DNA of 64,000 nt. Origin: an uncultured Prevotellaceae bacterium. GTDB lineage: Bacteria > Bacteroidota > Bacteroidia > Bacteroidales > Bacteroidaceae. This document shows, piece by piece, positions 60,215 through 64,000 of this stretch. The stretch is taken from the NCBI GenBank assembly GCA_902779455.1, contig CACZBS010000015.1, positions 26,700 to 90,699 on the forward strand, written 5' to 3'. How positions within the stretch are numbered: the stretch's first letter is position 1; the number at the start of each line of letters is the position of its first letter. The translations under genes and the position numbers were made by a program. The notes below the pieces were generated by a model. That model saw nothing but the letters and a program-made list of their open reading frames with translations. It did no database searches and was not told the DNA's origin.

Positions 60215-62263
60215 TTAACGGCTGAATTTGGCACTGTGGCGACGGCCCTGCCACTGCCAGGCGACGACATAGAGTCCGCGTGGCAGTGAGGCGACGCTGG
60301 CGCCGTCCTGAGCACGGAAGCTGAGGACGGGGCGTCCGGCGGCGTCGTAGACCGTGGCGTCAAAGGTGAGGCGGCTGAGGTCGTCGGTGCCGTAGTGGAG
60401 TCGCAGGCCCTGCGGGTCGTAGGCCAAGGCGTAGTCGACGTCGGGCTGTCTGGGCGCGTCGATGGCGTCAGGCGCGGTGAGGCTGTCGACGACGACGAGC
60501 GTCCACAGGCGGTTGTTGCTCGTGGCGTTGCGGCTGTCGTTGGTGTAGCTCAGGATGGTGGTGCCGTCGTCGGCGCGTCCGCCGGTGAGGTTGGCGGTGT
60601 GGTCGCTCTGCCGGTTGTTCAGGTTGATGCGTCCGCCCGACTGCATGACGAGATGCCATTGCTGGGCGCGGTCGGCCGTATCGGCGGGGGCGACGCGGAG
60701 CTGGGTGCTCAGGTTGGTGGTGGCGGTGGAAGGCCCCTCGGTGGGGTCGGTCAGCGCCTGTCCGCTCAGTCGGTTGACGAGGTGGTGGTAGCCGTTGCTG
60801 AGGGTGATGACCTGCCACTGCTGGCTGTGGCTGTCGTCGCGCGCATGGTTGGCGACGACGTGGCCCTCCGCGTCGGTGTCGAGGCGTGTGGCGGTGCCGG
60901 CATTAGCGATGGCGTAGTAGTAGTCGGGGCGGGTGGTGACGTCGGGCTCGATGCCGATGAGGTCGTCCGTGTCGGGGTGGTCGGGGTGTCGCCGGGCGAA
61001 GGCGTCCAGCAGGGCCGGGATGCGTATGTGGACGAAGCGCCGGAGGTCGTCGACATATTCGTCGTAGGTGCTGTAGATGACGACCTCGCGCAGGGTGCGC
61101 TGGCGGATGTTCCATCGCTCGTAGTTCAGCTGTTGCGAGGCGTCGATGAGGGCTGCGAGACTGTCGATCCTGCTGATGAGCTTTTGTTCGAGGCGGTCTT
61201 CGCAGAGCGTCTTGTAGTGGTCGAAGACGAGTCGCTGGAACCACTCGTCCTGCCACATGCGGCGGATCCACTGCTCCAGCCCGTTGTTGGTGAAGCCGAT
61301 GTCGGCCATGAGCTCACGCTGTGGGGTGTGTCCGCTGAGGCGGTTGTCGTTGTCGAAGGCGATGTCGTAGTCCCACATGGGTCCGAAGTGCAGGCGGTCG
61401 TCGTCGCGGTCCTTATAGAAGTACATGCTCCAGAGATAGTCGGGGTTGGCGGTGATCTCGCTGGCGAGATACCAGCTGACGAGCGAGAGCGTGTCGACGT
61501 AGTGGCGATAGCTGAGGGCCGACTCGAAGGTGTTGTTGAACAGACGGCTCTCGAACGTGTTGACGACGTTGCGGATATACGTGAACTGCCTTGTCGTGAT
61601 CTCGTCCTCCGCAGGATAGTGGATGGTCATGGGCACGCCCTTGAGGCTCGTGCGCCATCCCGTCTTGCCGTCGACGTAGTCGCGGAAGCCGTCGGCCTCG
61701 ACGAGGTAGCCGCCGCTGATGTTGCTCTCCGGCGTGAGGGGCTCGTCCTGCTCGGCGATGTCGACGCGGTGCTTGCGCACGTCAATCTGGTCGCTCACCT
61801 GATAGTTGCCGCGATACTGCCCGTTGAGGGTCAGGTCGACGAACATGGCGCCGGGGGTGAACGTCTGGCCGCAGAGGTCGCCGATGTAGCTGGCCAGGGC
61901 GTTGCGCAGGAGCGACTTGTCGCCGTGGTTGGCCAGCAGGGTCCACTTCTTGGCATTGGCGCGCTCAGGGCCCATGAAGCGCTCCTTCTGCGGGAACTTG
62001 ATGCGGTAGGGCTTCTTCTCCATTTTCCAGGTCGAGTTGCCGCGTCCACGGATGAGGACAGAGTCGTAGTAGGCCTCGCGGCTGCCCTCGACGATCCACA
62101 GTCGTGCCGGCACCTCGGTGGTCTTGCTGGCGGGGTCTTGTCCGCTGAAGGTCTCGATGTAGATGTGGGGCAGGTTGGTCAGCTGTCTGCGGCTGCCGTC
62201 CTGTGCCATGATGACAACGGCGGCAGCGATGAAGGCAATCAGTGTGAGCGCAAGGCGTTTCAT
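60215..62263 (-). CDS. CotH-kinase-family protein with ricin-like lectin domain and CTD
   Basis: RGRGNSTW, KKPYRIK, KKWTLLAN, NGQYRGNY and GPMWDYDIAF motifs; QQW repeats; C-terminal YDAAGR...RGLYVV. Confidence 0.9.
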   Translation of the reverse strand: MKRLALTLIAFIAAAVVIMAQDGSRRQLTNLPHIYIETFSGQDPASKTTEVPARLWIVEGSREAYYDSVLIRGRGNSTWKMEKKPYRIKFPQKERFMGPERANAKKWTLLANHGDKSLLRNALASYIGDLCGQTFTPGAMFVDLTLNGQYRGNYQVSDQIDVRKHRVDIAEQDEPLTPESNISGGYLVEADGFRDYVDGKTGWRTSLKGVPMTIHYPAEDEITTRQFTYIRNVVNTFESRLFNNTFESALSYRHYVDTLSLVSWYLASEITANPDYLWSMYFYKDRDDDRLHFGPMWDYDIAFDNDNRLSGHTPQRELMADIGFTNNGLEQWIRRMWQDEWFQRLVFDHYKTLCEDRLEQKLISRIDSLAALIDASQQLNYERWNIRQRTLREVVIYSTYDEYVDDLRRFVHIRIPALLDAFARRHPDHPDTDDLIGIEPDVTTRPDYYYAIANAGTATRLDTDAEGHVVANHARDDSHSQQWQVITLSNGYHHLVNRLSGQALTDPTEGPSTATTNLSTQLRVAPADTADRAQQWHLVMQSGGRINLNNRQSDHTANLTGGRADDGTTILSYTNDSRNATSNNRLWTLVVVDSLTAPDAIDAPRQPDVDYALAYDPQGLRLHYGTDDLSRLTFDATVYDAAGRPVLSFRAQDGASVASLPRGLYVVAWQWQGRRHSAKFSR

Positions 62264-62394
62264 GTTCGGGCGGTGATGAAGTCAGATGTCTTTTCAGTGT
62301 GCAAATTTATAAAATAAAGGTCAAAACGACGAGAGAATTTAGAAAAAAGTGTTACCTTTGCAGCTGATTTTTAAGTAACCACTAATATGATAAA

Positions 62395-62521
62395 GTTACA
62401 GACCCCACCCCCGACCCCTCCCCTTGAAGGGAGGGGAGCGGCTACCGCCCTGACCGCCGCATGGGACTCCGCAGGCACTCCCCTCCCTTCAAGGGGAGGG
62501 GTCGGGGGTGGGGTCTGTAAC
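62395..62521. repeat. MITE/REP-like element copy E
   Basis: gttacagaccccacccccgacccctccccttgaagggaggggag ... ggggtctgtaac, between promoter TACCTTTG (62353-62360) and ATG 62556. Confidence 0.9.
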
Positions 62522-62555
62522 ATTTTTAACGCTCACTAAAAAAGAAAAACGAACA

Positions 62556-64000
62556 ATGACGAGCGACGCAGAGACTCTTTCACCCATACTTGAGCTGCAA
62601 CGGCAGCGGGCCCTGCTCCAGATGGAGTATGAGGAGGAGCGCGCGGCCTATCAGCAGATGGCTGAGGCCGTCGGCGTGGAGCGTCGTGTCGAGCGTGGCG
62701 ACGCGTGGATGCCCGTCAGCGTGACGCGCACCTATTATAATTCGCTGAATCAGCTCTGTGTCGAGATTGTCCGTCAGCTTGGCCCCGACGATGATGCCGA
62801 CCACAACTTCGAGTTCGGCCGCCCCGTGCAGTTCTTTCGAAGTGAGAAGTCAAATACTTCTCACCTCTCACCTCTCACTTCTCACTTACATTATTATGCT
62901 TTCACCGGCACCGTCAGCTTCGCCGAGGCCGAGCGCATGGTCGTCGCTGTGCCCGACGGGGCGCCGCTCGTCGACCTGCAGTCGGGCGAGGGCCAGCTGG
63001 GCGTCATGCTCTCCTTCGACGAGACCTCCTTCCGACTGATGTTCGAGGCCCTGGAGCGCACCATGCGCGCCAAGGGCCGGCTGGGTTATCTGCGCGACCT
63101 CTTCTACACACGTCAGCGGGCCGAGACCTTCACCTTCCCCGACATGGGGTTCCAATACCTGAACGCGACGCAGGAGCGGGCCGTCAACGAGGTGCTGCGG
63201 GCCAAGGACGTGGCCATCGTCCACGGCCCTCCCGGCACGGGCAAGACGACCACCCTCGTCGAGGCCATCTACGAGACGCTGCGGCGCGAGCCCCAGGTGC
63301 TCGTCTGTGCGCAGAGCAACATGGCCGTCGACTGGATCTCGGAAAAACTCGTCGACCGCGGCCTCAACGTGCTCCGTATCGGCAATCCCGTCCGCGTGGA
63401 CGACAAGATGCTGGCCTTCACCTACGAGCGGCGCTTCGAGGCCCATCCTGACTATCCCCAGTTGTGGGCCCTGCGCAAGGCTATCCGCGAGCTGCGCGCG
63501 GCCAAGAAGCGCGGCGAGCAGTGGCACCAGCGCATGGACCGCCTGAAGGACCGGGCCACGGAGCTCGAGATCCGCATCCGCAGCGAGCTCTTCGGCGAGG
63601 CCCGCGTCATCGCCTCGACGCTTGTCGGCTCGGCCAACCGCCTGCTCGACGGCATGAAGTTCGGCACCCTCTTCATCGACGAGGCAGCCCAGGCCATGGA
63701 GGCCGCCTGCTGGATTCCCATCCGCCGCGCCCAGCGCGTCATCCTGGCCGGCGACCACTGTCAGCTGCCGCCCACGGTGAAGTGCTACGAGGCCCTGCGG
63801 GGCGGACTGGGGCGCACGCTCATGGAGCGCATCGCTATGCTGAAACCCGAGGTGGTCACGCTGCTGCGCATGCAGTATCGCATGCACGAGGACATCATGC
63901 GCTTCTCCTCCGACTGGTTCTATCACAACCAGATGGTCGCGGCGCCTGAGGTGAAGCATCGCAGCATCCTGGACCTCGACTTGCCCATGACGTGGATAAG
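62556..64000 (+). CDS. SF1B helicase (IGHMBP2/Upf1-like), runs off the window
   Basis: Not in the ORF track (no stop in window). Manual translation: HGPPGTGKTT, AQSNMAVD, IDEAAQ, LAGDHCQLPP and QYRM motifs. Confidence 0.93.
   Translation, partial: MTSDAETLSPILELQRQRALLQMEYEEERAAYQQMAEAVGVERRVERGDAWMPVSVTRTYYNSLNQLCVEIVRQLGPDDDADHNFEFGRPVQFFRSEKSNTSHLSPLTSHLHYYAFTGTVSFAEAERMVVAVPDGAPLVDLQSGEGQLGVMLSFDETSFRLMFEALERTMRAKGRLGYLRDLFYTRQRAETFTFPDMGFQYLNATQERAVNEVLRAKDVAIVHGPPGTGKTTTLVEAIYETLRREPQVLVCAQSNMAVDWISEKLVDRGLNVLRIGNPVRVDDKMLAFTYERRFEAHPDYPQLWALRKAIRELRAAKKRGEQWHQRMDRLKDRATELEIRIRSELFGEARVIASTLVGSANRLLDGMKFGTLFIDEAAQAMEAACWIPIRRAQRVILAGDHCQLPPTVKCYEALRGGLGRTLMERIAMLKPEVVTLLRMQYRMHEDIMRFSSDWFYHNQMVAAPEVKHRSILDLDLPMTWI
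62840..62888 (+). repeat. Heptamer (CTCTCAC) palindromic insert in frame within the helicase
   Basis: gtgagaagt-caaat-acttctcac followed by ctctcac x2; encodes SEKSNTSHLSPLTSHL. Confidence 0.8.

Overview
GC-rich Bacteroidales (Prevotella-like) chromosomal DNA, judged from TAnnTTTG promoter motifs and secreted proteins ending in Prevotella-type T9SS C-terminal domains. No rRNA, tRNA or CRISPR array was seen. Housekeeping genes (tyrS, PfkB kinase, flavodiiron protein, DEAD helicase, speA-aroK-topA, S46 peptidase, flippase, SF1 helicase) alternate with large surface proteins and TPR-TM-AraC regulators. The main points of interest: (1) a Cys/His-rich leader ORF ending in RAPP, followed by a 31-bp hairpin and a His-loop TonB-dependent receptor, a likely metal-sensing ribosome-arrest module; (2) an ~8.2 kb integrase-less module (SSB-like gene, primase-helicase, M15 peptidase, HU-like protein, smalltalk peptide, T9SS cargo) bounded by a direct repeat, with broken genes on both flanks; (3) a probable membrane-protein gene nested in the +1 frame of that primase; (4) 7-mer repeat insertions kept in frame inside topA, a GH92 and a helicase; (5) a histidine-phosphatase::GH92 fusion and a frameshifted TPR::Na-symporter chimera. 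Several dispersed REP/MITE-like repeat families are also present. All product calls come from motif recognition by eye; no database searches were run.
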